Notes: generated from the sequence alone by a model not told the origin. A stretch of 64,000 nucleotides of DNA from Eledone cirrhosa (GCA_964016885.1 OZ024740.1:159402001-159466000); one strand, 5' to 3'. Shown: positions 29,102 through 44,886, counted from the stretch's first letter. Numbers and translations are program-made.

Positions 29102-29378
29102 TATATTGATTTTTATACATTATATATATATTAGAAAGTGAGGTTTTTTTTACAAAATGAAAAATAACCAAGGTTTCCTACACGAGTGTTGAACAAAAGG
29201 GCAACGATGGTTGTTAAACACTGTACGGCTTAATTCGGGATGTTTATTTACAAACACACCGAGCATTATAATAAATGTTCGGTAAATCCATACGTACATA
29301 TATATATGTGTGCATGCATGTATATATATACATACTACTGTACGTCTGTATACATATATATGTATGTACGTATACATA

Positions 29379-29467
<89 letters not shown>

Positions 29468-30014
29468 AAACGGTTGTGTATAGAAGATTATATTAATAAA
29501 AGGAATTCCAACTTTGTCTGATTTACTCGTTTTATTTACTATCCTTTAAAATGTATAATGGTATTAGAATGAAATAGTATGGTAGAATATTAAATGTTAA
29601 GTGTTAATTGAACAAGTACATTCGTGCTTTCGCAATCTTCAGGTTCATATTGTGTGGTGACAGTCAAGTTTGCAATTTTCAACTGTAATGAGATGCGTAA
29701 ATGTTGTGTCTTATATACAGTGGAAAGTGGCCCCAGAATGCTAAATCTTGCAAACTGTATTTCGACCAATCGCTGTGTAGTTTCACTGGATTACTAAAGC
29801 TGATTGGTTTAGGCGTCACGGTTGGTTGAGCATGTCTAACGACTACTAATTGACCCTATCCAAAGCATCAATTGTTTTGCTATTTTTAGAAATGATGAAA
29901 ATACCATTTTCTAGTAATCATCACCATCAACATCACTTTTATTATTATTATTGTTGTTGTCGTTGTTAGTGGTCGTAGTTATAGTCATAGTAGGATTAAT
30001 ACCGCATTATTATT

Positions 30015-30188
30015 GTATCGGTAGAGGGTCGGACGCCATGCTTTCCAGCATAGTTACGTCCCTTTACGATCTGAGTTCAAATCCCGCCGAGGTTGACTTT
30101 GCCTTTCATCCTTACGGGGTCGATAAAATAAAGTACCAGTAATGCACTGGGTAATTGCTGGCCTTGTGCCTAAATTAGAAACAATTAT
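30015..30188 (+). mobile_element. tRNA-SINE family A
   Basis: Close match to the family consensus. Confidence 0.88.
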
Positions 30189-30434
30189 TATTGTTCATTT
30201 AGCTTGGGTTTGAATTTATCAATACAATTCTTTTCTTTGATTTTTCTCTTGATTTCACTTGGGCTGTGTAATTTATAGAATGGGAATATTATAAATATTC
30301 CCTGACCACATGTTGCAAGCTGGTTACTTAGGGGTATCTGACGGACATTTGGGTCTCTGATTTTCTGTCGGTGTACCCGTGCACGTTCCGATAGTGCATA
30401 TCCAGTTTGACCGACATAGTTCTTCACAATTCTT

Positions 30435-30437
<3 letters not shown>
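30188..30437 (-). mobile_element. Penelope-like GIY-YIG C-terminal fragment
   Basis: NYVGQTGYALSERARVHRQKIRDP...FIIFPFYK...KEKNCIDKFKPKLN. Confidence 0.85.
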
Positions 30438-30468
<31 letters not shown>

Positions 30469-30647
30469 CCAGTTCGCCGATACACAGAATGCGTTGGTCG
30501 ACGTAAAATGTTATTTGTATATCTTATTAATTCTGAAGATTCCAATTATTGGATTATATAATTAATTAATTAATAATTTCTTAATTGTTAACTATAATCA
30601 ATAAAATGGATAATATAATTAGCAGTGTTTGGTTTTATTGTCAATAC

Positions 30648-30679
<32 letters not shown>

Positions 30680-31424
30680 GTATATATATACATAACGCAT
30701 CCAGTACACTCTGGCAGATTATTAGGCATCCAGCTGTAGAAACCATGCCAAATAAATTATAGATAGGTTTCTTCTCTCATGTTAATTGCATGTCGACCTC
30801 TCTATTGCCATGCAAGGTGCACTACGTACAGTGCAAGAATATATGTAAGCTAGATGGGGTCCAACTCGTCCGGGAAATTAATTGCTCCGATAATGTACTG
30901 ACCTCGTATTTGATGAGCTGTCCAACTTTTGCTAGCAGTGAACATGAAATTTAAATTATGCTGCTGATGATGAAGATGATATTTGTATGAGACCCCATAC
31001 ACTAGTATTTCAAAGTTTCATATGATACATAAACATCTGTGGAGTAAGATAATTCTCCTAATCATCAATATCTAATTTATAGTAAGATGGCGTTATGATA
31101 TGTAACAGAACAAGGATTATGAGCGAAACACTTAAATCTATTATTAACATTATTGGGTTATACGTACTTCATAAAGAAGCATAAATTGTAGATTGAATCT
31201 TACTCTTTATACAATCGGTTTCATAAAAGGTTGATTGTTCTTCTCGGCGGTTTGTTGGCCTTCTGCAGAATAGTCGGATTATGAGGCTACCATCTTGACG
31301 GCGAGCCGACATACCGTGGGTCACTGATTGTCTGGAACCTTCCCATGCTTTGGGATTTCTGCCTTAGGATGAGCAAGAGGAAAAAGAAGAAAGAAGAATT
31401 TTAGTAATGCGTTGGTGGTGGACC

Positions 31425-31705
31425 TCCATCAGTTCCGATGACGAATGTTCCAGTTGAAACAATAACTGTAGCAGGCTGTTCCTGAAATTAATGAGGAAGT
31501 AGCTAGGAATTCCTCAGATACATGCATTCTTAATGTAGTTCTCCGGGAGATCAAGATGAACAAAGCTGGCCCTTTGTATTACAGGTACAACTGATGTTTT
31601 CAGCAGAATGTTATGGAGCAAAATGAAATAAAGTGTCTTTACAATATGCCACCGGGAATCGAACACACGATCAATGTAACATCTAAGCCACATGCCTACA
31701 CTATA
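31425..31705 (-). mobile_element. tRNA-SINE family B, diverged
   Basis: The reverse complement matches 24110-24432 (GTTCGATTCCCGG, AAGACACTTTATTTCA, CTCCCGGAGAACTAC). Confidence 0.78.
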
Positions 31706-32274
31706 CAATGCATTGTCTTATTGATATATGACTACTAATGTTCTGATTGTGCACGATATGTTGAGATAGAACTAATTAAAATATTTATATAGTCAGATAT
31801 CGGAATATACTGGAAACAACATAATCTCTACGTAGTTATCTAAAATCTATATCTGTAATATATATTTTGTATTTCCCTCTCCTTTCTGATTGCAGAAACA
31901 TGCTTTTAATCATTATTATCATCATTGCAAAGGCGAGGTTAACTTTGCCTTTCATCCTTACGGGGGTCGATAAAATAAAGTACCAGTAATGTACTGAGTA
32001 TTTGCTGGCCTTGTGCCAAAAGTAGAAACAATTATTATCATCATTGCTACAGCCGTCCTCTTCCTATCATCGTAAACGTTCATCACCGCCAACGTTATTA
32101 TTGTAATTATCACACTTGTCATCACTATCATGGCGAATGTCATTATCACGATCATCCATCGCCTTTAATAAATATCATCTTCGAGAAAAACCACTATCAT
32201 GGCGAACATTATCTATATTATCACCGCCGCCATCATCAACGAAGTCGATACCACTTTAGTCCTCCTCCTCCTCC

Positions 32275-32310
<36 letters not shown>

Positions 32311-32481
32311 CCACTATTATCATGAACACCATCAGCGTGACCATCCACCAGCATCATACTATCATCACTATCACTATCGTCATCACAATCATCAGCCTCA
32401 TGATAAGCATCATCACCCTCATCACGACATCCTCATTATCATTGTTATCATCTTCAGCATAATTATCATTAGCAAAAAAAC

Positions 32482-33815
32482 ACACCACCATCAATACCAC
32501 CACCAGCACCAGCACCACCAATACCACCACCAGCACCACCAATACCACCACCACCACCACCACCACCACCACCACCACAACCAACACCACCACCACAACC
32601 ACCGCCATAACCATCACCACCACCACAACCAACACCACCACCACCGCCATAACCACCACCACCACCACAACCAACACCACCACCACCAACACCACCAGCA
32701 CCACTACCACCATCACCACCATCACCACCACCAATACCAACACCACCACCACTAACACCACCACCACAACCAACACCACCACCACAACCACCGCCATAAC
32801 CACCACCACCGCAACCAACACCACCATCACCACGACCGCCATAACCACCACCACCACCACAACCAACACCACCACCACAACCACCACAACCAACACCACC
32901 ACCACAACCAACACCACCATCACCACCACCACCACTACCAGAACCAACACCACCACCACAACCAACACCACCATCACCACCACCACCACTACCAGAACCA
33001 ACACCACCACCACAACCAACACCACCACCACCGCCAGCACCACCACCACCACCACACCCAACACCACCATTACCGCCACAACCAACACCACCACCACTGC
33101 CATAACCACCACCACCATCACTACCATCACTATCACCAATACCATCATCATCACCACCACACCTATTATCACCATCACTACCATCATCATCATCATGACC
33201 ATCACTACCATCATCATCATCACCACCATCATCACCACCACACCCATTATCACCATCACTACCATCACCATCATCACCACCATCATCACCACCACACCCA
33301 TTATCACCATCACTACCATCATCATCATCATGACCATCACTACCATCATCATCATCGCCACCATCATCACCACCACACCCATTATCACCATCACTACCAT
33401 CACCATCATCACCACCATCATCACCACCACACCCATTATCACCATCACTACCATCACCATCATCACCACCATCATCACCACCACACCCATTATCACCATC
33501 ACTACCATCATCATCATCATGACCATCACTACCATCATCATCATCACCACCATCATCACCACCACACCCATTATCACCATCACTACCATCACCATCATCA
33601 CCACCATCATCACCACCACACCCATTATCACCATCACTACCATCATCATCATCATGACCATCACTACCATCATCATCATCACCACCATCATCACCACCAC
33701 ACCCATTATCACCATCACTACCATCACCATCACTACCACCACCACCATCACCACCATCATCACCACCACCACCATCACCACCATCATCACTACCATCACC
33801 ATCATCACCATCATC
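32482..33815. repeat. (CAC/CAT)n array with higher-order 54/81-bp units at 33160-33720
   Basis: The marker CACCCATT recurs at 33160 (variant), 33241, 33295, 33376, 33430, 33484, 33565, 33619 and 33700. Confidence 0.95.
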
Positions 33816-33980
33816 ATAAGCACAATCTCCCTTCAATACCACAATGTTCTTTGTCTCACATTGTTGTAACTTCCTGAGATTCTGGTGATATTCCTTGTCT
33901 CACCGTCGTCCTTTCAATATTGAAATTGCAACACCAAAGCTGTAAAAAGATTTATCTATCAGCATGTTTCAACATACATG

Positions 33981-34052
<72 letters not shown>

Positions 34053-34575
34053 GACACACACACACACACACATACACACACACATATACACACATACATA
34101 CACACATGCACACACATACACACACATACACACACATATACACATACACACATATACACACATACATACACACATACACCCACACATACACACATACACA
34201 CATATACACACATACACACACATATACACCCACACGTAAACACATATACACACATAAACACATCCATACACAAATACACACACATACATACACACACACA
34301 CACATATACACCCACACATACACACATACACACATACACACACCTACACACATACACACACATACACACCCACACATACACACATACATACACATACACA
34401 CATACACGCACATACACAGACATATACACACATACACACATACACCCACACATACACACATACACACACATGCACACATACACACATACACACATATACA
34501 CATATATACACACATGCACACACATACACACAAACACACATACACGCACACATACACACATACACACACATATAC
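33981..34575. repeat. (CT)n followed by degenerate (CA/TA)n satellite
   Basis: CACACATA-type variants over ~570 bp. Confidence 0.92.
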
Positions 34576-34729
34576 ACGTGTAGGTATGGGCATCAAATTG
34601 AATAACACAGTTTCAATATGTTTGTGCAACTACAAGATATAGAAGAGAAATATTGAGATTTCAAACAAATTTCTGTGAATACACACATACACACACACAC
34701 ATACACACACACATATATATATAAATATG

Positions 34730-34836
<107 letters not shown>

Positions 34837-34960
34837 GTATATTCACATCTATACATATGTATATTCACATCTATATACATATGTGTATGTATAATAATAT
34901 TTAAATGTATGTGTTTTTACATAAACATATAATATTAAAAAACATTGCAATCATATTAAT

Positions 34961-35093
<133 letters not shown>

Positions 35094-35094
35094 C

Positions 35095-35145
<51 letters not shown>

Positions 35146-36550
35146 TATACACACGCACACGCACACACATACATATATATATAAATTCTTTACATTTCAC
35201 ATTTGTCTCCATAATCGGTTTATCACACCAAAACAGTAACTCATGCATGTGCAATATGTAAATTTACGCAATGCCTTCTCTTCTGTTGCATCTAGTTGAC
35301 ATGTGACATTTCATCTATTTGCAAATACCTAGAATTTCTGTTGCCACCCCCCATCAACACACTACTACTTCATTCATAATAACTGTTATTTCTGCTGAGT
35401 CTGTTGATTTACACCATGAAATCCTCATCGTTGTTATTATTGTTATTGCTATAGTCTTTATTGATTTACAGTGCTTTCATACTATGTTTATATCGCCTGT
35501 GTCTGCCAGTTTGGCGTTCATCTCAACGATCTCGTAGAGTGGTGAAGGCCGTTCGTACAAGAAGAGTACTTAGATATATCCCTTTATGTATAAAAACGTA
35601 ATGGCAGTATCAAGCTTAAAATAAATATATTGCTCACCATTCTCTTCATGATGAAGGTATGTGGTCTTGTGGCCAGGGTATTTGACTTGCGATCAAACCC
35701 TCATATGTTCGATTCCTGGACAGTGTTGCGTGCTGTGTTCTCGATAAAAACACCTCATTTCATGTTGTACCAATACGCTCAGCTGAAAATTAGTACGTGT
35801 AGCAGCTGGGTGTTAGCTCTGCAATGGATTTGCGTCCTGTTCAGTGGAGAGTCTAGCACTCTCCGTCACTTAACGACAATGAAAACCTGGGCATACTCTA
35901 ACGTAATTACCGCAATAGCACCTAAAGCCCACGCCCGTCTATAGTGTGTGCTTTGGTAGTAGTGGTGGTGGTGGAGATATGTGGCCCTATTTGAAAACCA
36001 CCGGTTTTGACAGACCTAAACACACCGATATAAAAAAGTTGATGAACATTAATTTTTTTTTTTATTTCTTTAAATATATGCCTGTGATTGGTTTCTGCAA
36101 AATACCATCATACATTATGGGCATGATGATTATGTCCTATTATGTGCATATTGGCTGATATGCATATTGCAAATGTGCATATTGTAAATGTGCACATTGA
36201 CAACTGTCTGTATGAACAAATGCGCATAATTATTGTATTGTTTGGAGGAATGGAAATAAACATTTCATTTCTTTTTTATTTATATATTCCATATGTTTTT
36301 AGAGATTAAGTATAATAATAATAATAATAATGATTTCTTTGTTGGCCAATAATGATGATAATGATGAAGATAATCAACCATGCATTGTCGAAAAACATGT
36401 ATGCTCTAATGGAAATAAAGTGAGGGCGGGCGTAGATATGAAAACGGGAAGAAAGAGAATGCATATCAATATGAAGCGGGAGAAAGAGAGATAGAAAGGA
36501 CGAAAATAGAGTGCATGCTCAGACAAATGCAGGCAGAGAAAAATATAGAG

Positions 36551-36700
<150 letters not shown>

Positions 36701-37141
36701 TAGACAAAAAATGTGTATAGGGAAAAAGAACGAATCATGAACGATGGATGGATAGATTTTGGAGCGGGAATAACAAATGAAATAAAACAGTTTCTGCTTG
36801 TGTGGCGGGATAAATGTACTTGCTGAAATATGATTAGTCCATAGAAATGATTTGACTTCATATATACGTTCACCAAGAAAAATAAACCTGGAATTTTGAT
36901 AATTCTTTCACGTATTTAGCTAAATCTAATCTCATTTCGGCTCATTCTTCCTTTCGTCAATCTAAGGACGAAAAGACTAACCACTGAGGTAGATGGAGCC
37001 ACGTATATGAGGAAGACTTTATATCATCGTAAAACCTGCTAAAAATGGCAGGCAAATCTCCCTCAAAACACATATTGTCATTGTAACCCTTCCAATAGCA
37101 TATACTTCATGAAAGTCACTGATGGGTGTAAAATCAGTCGG

Positions 37142-37986
37142 CTGGAATTTGCGAATGACCTGGTGTTTCTTAACTCGAGAGAAGGTGATCTCTGACTTGC
37201 ACTCGATATATCTGGTGCCTAATGTTGGAGGGCTAGATTGAAAATCAGTGCTGGCTAAAACTGAGACACTCATCCTTTCTAGGAAGCCTGCACAGTGCAG
37301 ACTACACGTGAATGGAGTTCCACTGAATCAAGTAGAGAAGTTCAAGTATTTCCGGGCTGTATTCACGAGTGATGGAAGGCAGGAGGCTGAAATAAGTGCA
37401 AGAATTGCAGGAGCTGGTGCAGTAATGTGCCAGATTCAGCATTCAGTAATCAGAAGAAGAGAAGTAGGCGTAAAAGCCAAAATCGCTATCTTCCTTTCGG
37501 TATTCGTGCCAAGCCTTGCCTATGGTAATGAATCTTGGATAATGACTGAAAGAATACGATCGTGAATACAAGCGGCCGAAAAGCGGTTCCTTCGAAGGGT
37601 CTTTGGAGTAGCGTTTCTCGAAAGAGTGCGTAGCTCGGAGATCAGAGAGTCACTCCAGGTAGAGTCGCTATTTCTCCGAATCGAGAGATCACAGCTCTGA
37701 TACTATAGGCACATGGTTAGAATGACTCAAGAAAGAATCACTGGACAGACTTTACGGGCAAAACCAATCGACAGGAGATCCAGAGGTAAACTCCGAGCAA
37801 GATGGTTGGATAACAACCATGAGCTTGGGGATCCAGCCAGATCAGTTGGAGACGGTTGCTTCTGACAGGAACCGCTTGAAGGAGTGTTTGAGGACTCTGC
37901 CCCTACGACCTACTCAAGAAGAAGAAGAAGAAGAAGAAGAAGAAGAAGAAGAAGAAGAAGAAGAAGAAGAAGAAGAAGAAGAAGAA
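37142..37986 (+). mobile_element. RTE-clade LINE 3' end (RT C-terminus) with (GAA)n tail
   Basis: LEFANDLV, QVEKFKY..VFTSDGRQEAEISARI, FVPSLAYGNESWIMTERIRS*IQAAEKRFLRRV and RSRGKLRARW. (GAA)n lies at 37918-37986. Confidence 0.9.
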
Positions 37987-38795
37987 AAGAAGAATTTAAA
38001 TGGATTTAGTAATATCACTAACTTACTCATTATTAAGCTGGTGCTTGTAACAATATAGGTTCTTACATAAAATTATGATAGGAGGTTTTCTTTTGAATTA
38101 AGTGATTTATAGCGTAGAACCAGGCCAGTTTCAGGCGGTTTGGATTCTGGGGGTGTAATAAAGATCTAATTATCTAATAGATAATAAATAAAACATAGCT
38201 ATGTTTAGAATGTGTTTAATCAAGTGTCTGGTTCATCAGGGCTTACCTGGGGCTAAACAACACTAATTATTCGAGTTTTATCATGCCAATATGGAACTTC
38301 TACATCAATACTCATTCGGCTAGAATTGGCAGCCAAATATCCTTGAAATTAAGCTTCCCCGTCGTGTTAACTATGTCTGGGGAAAATGATAAAATTGTCA
38401 TTGTCGGCCCAGGTTTTTTTCAACGGTTAGTTAGATAAGGACTGACCTGACGGTAAACAACAATTTCGTCATCCTCTTCTCCATTGTTTTAAGTGCTTGA
38501 TATATAATACAGATAACTTTCTGACCACTACAATAGAAATAACTTTTCAAAAGTATCAATAGGATTGGTTTTGACATCTATAGTTTCTGAATCACATGAC
38601 TGAATCGGTTTAGAGTTTAGCCACAAAGTCCACTTCAAATTCAGTCATCCATGACATTGTGTTTCTGGACTGTTAGCTAAGCCAGCCACTCATGCAGCTG
38701 AATAAATTAAGTGTTACTTTGGAACCAAGCTACACTATATGTAATAATGTGTGAGATCATGCCAGATGTTGTTCCCTTTTACTAACATTATTCAG

Positions 38796-39148
38796 ATTAC
38801 TTTGTTTAAAAGTAAATGGACCTCCATCGATTTTCAACGATAATTGTTTCAAATGTTCGGTCGGTGGAACAACCTAATAGTGAAATTAGCGTGCACGTGG
38901 ATCAGTATTCCAGAGACTTGGAAATTCTTAACGAAGGTTTCAGGGAGATTCAACGTAACACAGTGTACGACACGACTGGAATAACAGATGCAGCCCATCC
39001 GACAGGCTTTCTAATTTCCTCACATGATTGGAATGGTAAAAGACATATGTCCAAGATGCCACGCAGTGGAACCGAACTAGAAAAGGTATCCTCACACCTG
39101 AGATCTCGGTTGAATGCTTACAGAAAAGCATTAAATGGTGAACTGTGA
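38796..39148 (+). CDS. Candidate host coding exon, unassigned (110-aa ORF 38816-39148)
   Basis: Non-repetitive ORF preceded by TACTAAC and TTCAG (38780-38795), with a weak possible donor G|GTGAAC at 39137/39138. No domain was recognised. Confidence 0.3.
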
Positions 39149-39764
39149 TATTAAACTAAGTGACAGATTAAGTATACCAGCAATAAAGACCATAGCGGGA
39201 TTCGAAATCAGAGCGCACACAGTCAGAACAAATACTGCAATATATCACAATCGACGCTTTAAAAATTGATATTTAACGATGGCATTTTATTTTATCGAAG
39301 CACAGTTGACTTTAGTAGTATTTGAACTCAGAGTTCAGAGAGTCGGAACAAATAACAGAAGGTTTTTTCCTGCTCTTGTCAGTCAAATAATCTTTCAAGG
39401 GTAAATACTTACACTAAACAGTTTTTCTATGTGTAAAATTATCGAAAACTGATCCGCAACCACAGCAGAACCGAGAAATACTGACAAGGTCCATAAAAAG
39501 ACTGGAACACGTGTCTGTGAATGTTCCCTGCTTTCAAACAAAGATCAGACTGTTTTTTCTCCGGAATTCTAATTCCTCGCGATAGGACATTATTGACGAC
39601 GGCTTGCCCTGATGATATACGAAGTCCTATGGTTAATTTCTTTTCTGAAGTTTACTCGTTTGTAAATATATTCATTCTGCCTGTCTAATAAGATCGCTTT
39701 GGTAAATAACTTGATCTGAGATCTTGTGTTGAAGCATATTTACGTTTCACACACAAACACACAC

Positions 39765-39821
<57 letters not shown>

Positions 39822-39924
39822 GGTGTGGGTGTGTGTAAATATATATCTATATATCTCTCTCTCTCTCTATATATATATATATAGATATACATATATATAT
39901 AAATATATACATACATACATACAC

Positions 39925-40012
<88 letters not shown>

Positions 40013-42429
40013 TACAATGCGTGTGTGTGTTTACATATAATGTTTACAACTGAAGTATTAATTTATTTTGACATATCCAGTCTCGTGATGTCTAGAAGTT
40101 ATAATTTGATATATATTCCAATGTGATTCCCCAAACACTTTTGAAGAAATATTTAAAAAGATGAAATAAAATTAAAGCCATAAATAATTAATTCCTTAAA
40201 ATTCTTGTAAATCAATGACTATTAAACAAACTTCGCAACTTTGACTTCCATGGTTCTTTATGCGCAATAATGATGTTACAATATTCATTCTACGCGTTTC
40301 TCTATGCACTGATTTTGTAGTGAGCCTATTACTTACACATACTTGTATCTGTGTTCACCCAGGATGAGTTGAGCCGGCTATCAGCAATGCCTCCATAGCA
40401 TTGAAAACAAAGGCAACTCATGCACGGCGATCATTTACATCCGACACAGATACTGACAGTCAATCACGATTTCATCGCTGAACAGCATATATGCAAGAAT
40501 CAGAGTTCAACTTCCGCGTCGATAAATATAGTATCCATCCAGTACTGGGTTTAATTAACTATTCTGTTCATCTTCATTTATTTATGTATTTCTCCACCCA
40601 CTATTTTTGCTCTGGGTGGAATCAGCTGGAGTCAGACCTGGAGAAGAATGGGCACCTCCAGGTCTAAAATGTGTAAAACAAGCTGAATATTATCACAGCG
40701 TCTCTACGACTCTGTCAGGAGTTGGGAGCTTAAGGGGGAAAAGAAATGAAGCAATAAAACATGTTCAAATGTATTTCTGTGGGGTTATTATCACAGTATT
40801 CTTTTGATAAATGTTTTGTACTCAGACATTTGCAGTGATGTCCATTTTACCACCAGAAGATTTAGCAAAACACCTTAACTGTAGAGCATCTCTCTGATAT
40901 TGTTCTTAACATTTGAATATTTTTCGTTTTCAGTTTCTCGTGTATTCCATTTTTCCATAATTCACTCTTAATGCAGAAGCTGAGCAGCAATTTCTAGCTT
41001 ATGAAACAACGAATTGAAAAAGGAATTTTCACGAAATGCATAATCCATTACTTTATAAAACTGGCTATTAAAACTTACTGGACATCAGTTTAATAATACT
41101 GAAGGTGTTGGCGGTGAAATTGTAATTGTTTCTGTTGGTGTTTTCCGGGTTGTAGAATCACTAACGCTGTAGGTAATATGGCTTGTGTTATTTATTCCGT
41201 CTCTTTACTTTCTTAGAAATCCCATCGAAGCCATCTTTACCTTTTACCTTTCAGTTTCAAAGAAATGCAGTATCCACCGAGTACTGGAACGATATTTTAG
41301 ACTGTCTTCTTTCCCATGAATTTAAGACCTTGTACCTATGTAAATTATCAGTATCCATGATGATTTAAACTGTAAAGTAAAACTAACTACAGCCATCACT
41401 AGCAATTTGTATGACTTGATAGCATGTACTAGGCTTTCGCTAAGAGTATTAAGTACACATACTGTCGCTGGAAGACACAGACACTCTCTCTGCGTTCAAT
41501 CATTTGATCTTATAGAACATCCAAAATGTGACATCTGGGTGGAAAGTGAGCTGCACCAACAAAGAGCTGATACTGTGTGTATCGGCTCCGAAAGGATGAA
41601 AAACAAAGTTGATTTTGGTGGAATTTAATCTGAACACGCAGAGACCTGAAAGAAATATCCAACTCTCTAACAACTCTACTAAATCGACTGCCTTAAGCTG
41701 TAAAGTAAATAGATACAAAAACTAAAGTTAGTACAACTCATTGCTGTAAACAGTAGCATTAAGTATAATACTGATGTGTGACATTTTGAATAGCATTTCT
41801 CAGTTGCAGACAAAGCTAACCATGACAGATTATCATCCAAGGCAAAATGAAGAACTATAATCTTATCTGCTTAGCAGTATAGACTATGATTCTTTGAGAT
41901 TAAAAAAAATAAAAAATTAACCTTGTGGATCTTTTGTAATCCAGAAAGAGTTAGAATAAATAAATAAAACAAAATGCTATATCACTAAAAGTTATTTTCA
42001 GTTCTCAGTTAAATTCTTGTAGGGAGCAACATTGCATTATAGTTCTCCCTTATTTCAATTTAGCAGTATAGTGATATAACATGATACAGTATAGTATAAT
42101 TTCGTGTGGTGCACTATACAGTTTAATTAGCATTAGCACTATCATAACATGATTCAAAGGATATACAATATGCTTCTGTAACATAAACATCCATTGCGTG
42201 ACTTTTGTACGTTTGTTGTACACAAACATATTTTATATGCTTTCATATACACCTCAACTATACAGTTTACTTCAATTTAGGATAACAGGATATAGGCATG
42301 TTTATTGCAGGTATTGTCTAGAGGAGGAGGCAAGCTTTTTTACCACTTTCTAATCTGTACCCGATGGTGCTATTTGTGATGGTGTCGAGACAAAAGCTTC
42401 CTAACTAGCTGTTATTATTGCTGGGAATC

Positions 42430-42745
42430 TGAGTTCAAATCCCGCCGAGGTTGACTTTGCATTTCATCCTTACGGGGTCGATAAAATAAAGTACCAGTAA
42501 TGTACTGATTAATTGCTGGCGTTGTGCCTAACGTAGAAACAATTATTGCTGGGGATCTATTTGATAAGGATTGACCTCAAGGTAAACAACAACAACTAGG
42601 AAATTAACAGTTCTGGTTCCGACTCTTTACATTCTGAGTTCAAAACCCGCCGAGGTTAGCTTTTCCATTAACGTACAGGAGTCGATTTAATCGATTTTCC
42701 CCTTTCCCCAAAATTGTTGGCCTTGTGCCTAAATCAGAAACCATA
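42430..42745 (+). mobile_element. Two 5'-truncated family A SINEs; the first has a ~16-bp TSD
   Basis: TTATTGCTGGG(A/G)ATCT flanks 42430-42546, and the second copy spans 42625-42745. Confidence 0.85.
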
Positions 42746-42785
42746 TTTTTAAAAGTAGAAACAATTATTGCTAGTTCAGCAGCTG

Positions 42786-42844
<59 letters not shown>

Positions 42845-43779
42845 TGTCCCCCGAGACACAAATCATAAAGTGACTCTTACTACCACAAGTGTAACAGTCA
42901 GTCATCCTGCCATGCACCGTCAGTTACTTTGCATTTGTTTTTGCATTCAGGACAGAGAACAATTTCTGGATCACCTAGCTTGTCAACTTGCTTCACCCAC
43001 GGCCTTGAATATTTAGCTTTATTCATTTGCTATTTCGAGGACTCACTGAAATTCGACTCCTAACTCTTCGCGAGGCAAATGTATGCCACTTTTCTTGTCC
43101 GTTTTTTAACAAATTCTTCAGATAAGGTGGCACAATATTTAGTGACGCATCGCTGCCAAATTTTGTTGATCTTATGCATGTTGAGAAATATTTTTTTCAA
43201 GCAATGTTCACACAATTGTTTCCAGTGACAGTTATGATCAACAAAGTGTGTATGAATGTTTATGTGGGTGAGAGAGAAAGGAAGAAAGAGCTGAGAGAGT
43301 CATCGAAAGAGGGTGTGTGTGATCTTCCCCTTTCTGCTGTGAATATTTAAATCAATATCGTTTTCTGTCATAAAGTTATTTTTTTCCCCATGTGCGTCTG
43401 TTTGTTCTGTGTTGTTAGCATTATTTATTCTATGTTTCTTTTTTTTTTAAATTTGAGATAATGCTTTTAATATGATTGGTGGTACCACTACTGTGGCAAA
43501 CATCTACCCCCGCTACTCCAACAAAAGAAATCAGTGTGAATTGTGATTAAGCGTAACAAATTGAACAAAACGCCTTCAGAAATGGCTTTTTATCTCTCTC
43601 AAACTGGTGAAAAAATACCCCCCCCCCCCCAATAAACCTCTTGCCTCTCTTTTTAATAATTCAACGTGAGACAATGTAGAAAGTTTTTTTTTTAAATGTA
43701 TCAATTTGGTAAAGTAATCTGACGATTCTTTAAATACACGCAGCTTGCAAAAGGGGCATCTTCTAAGTACAAAAAACAC

Positions 43780-44125
43780 AAGGTTTCTAAATTATAGGAA
43801 AGATAAGTCGATTTTATTGGCGCCAGTACCTAACTGATACATTATTTTATCGAACCCGGAAGGATGTAAGGCAAAGTTGATCTCAACGGGATTTGAACTT
43901 GGAAGGTAAGGAACCAGAAAAATGCAGCAAGGAATTCGTTTGAAGCTCTAGCGGGTCTGCCAATCCATCGTTCTTAATAAATCATTTCATATCTAGGTAT
44001 ACGTTCAGCAATTTGGAGACGGGGCAGTCGATTACATCGACCTCGGTACTTCACTAGTACTGTATTTTATCGACTCAGGAAATATGAAAGGCAAAATTTA
44101 TCTCAGCGGAAATTTAACTCAGATC
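43780..44125 (-). mobile_element. Two tandem diverged family A SINEs
   Basis: The reverse-complement motif TTTTATCGA..AAGGCAAA.TT..ATTTGAACT occurs twice. Confidence 0.75.
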
Positions 44126-44582
44126 ATAAAAAATAGTGTATTGTTGATAGAATCAGACTCCTGTATAAACAGATTATTTCATTTTATCGACCCTGGATTA
44201 GGAGTATGAGGAACAAAGTTAAACTTCGTTGAGGGTTAAAATAAAATAAAAAGACAAAGATAGGGCATCTATAAACAGCAAGTCATTTTAAAATGTTCTA
44301 CATGTAGTTAATATACTGAAGCCTATAGCTTCACTGAAATATGCTATTTATAAAATTTGTACTCAATGTTCTTTGTGTGTGTTGGTAGGGGCACTGTGGT
44401 TGTGATGGATGGTGGTATTATGTTTTATTCATTTTTTTATCATCCTTGAAAATTTCTTTAAAATGAATTGAACTGTGAGTGAACTAGCAATATAAGCGGA
44501 AATGTTCGGGTTCCATGCAATATGATCTGACTTCAGAATCATTCACAATGTAAAGATTCCAATATAATATTTCTCTCTCTAA

Positions 44583-44701
<119 letters not shown>

Positions 44702-44846
44702 AAACAGAAATAGCACAGAGACGCTGACAAAACGAGACAGAGTTTGTGGAACAGATAGAAAACGAATGAACGAAAACACAAACAGTCAAACAAGGAACAA
44801 GTTCCCATCATCGGCTGCCTATCGATATTCTCGTAGTTTCGACATC

Positions 44847-44886
<40 letters not shown>

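Noticed and set aside
29615-30565. Partial hammerhead-like strings (reverse-complement CTGAAGATTGCGAAAGC at ~29630; CTGAAGATTCCAATTATTGGA at ~30533)
   Set aside because: Stem II or GAAA/stem III is missing, so the fold cannot be completed.
32354-33869. Val/Met-, Gly/Asp- and Thr/Ile-rich ORFs
   Set aside because: Same trinucleotide-array artefact; kept only as a repeat.
42880-43025. Short minus-strand ORF MNKAKYSRPW...CPECKNKC
   Set aside because: Only 42 aa with a single CxxC and no supporting context.
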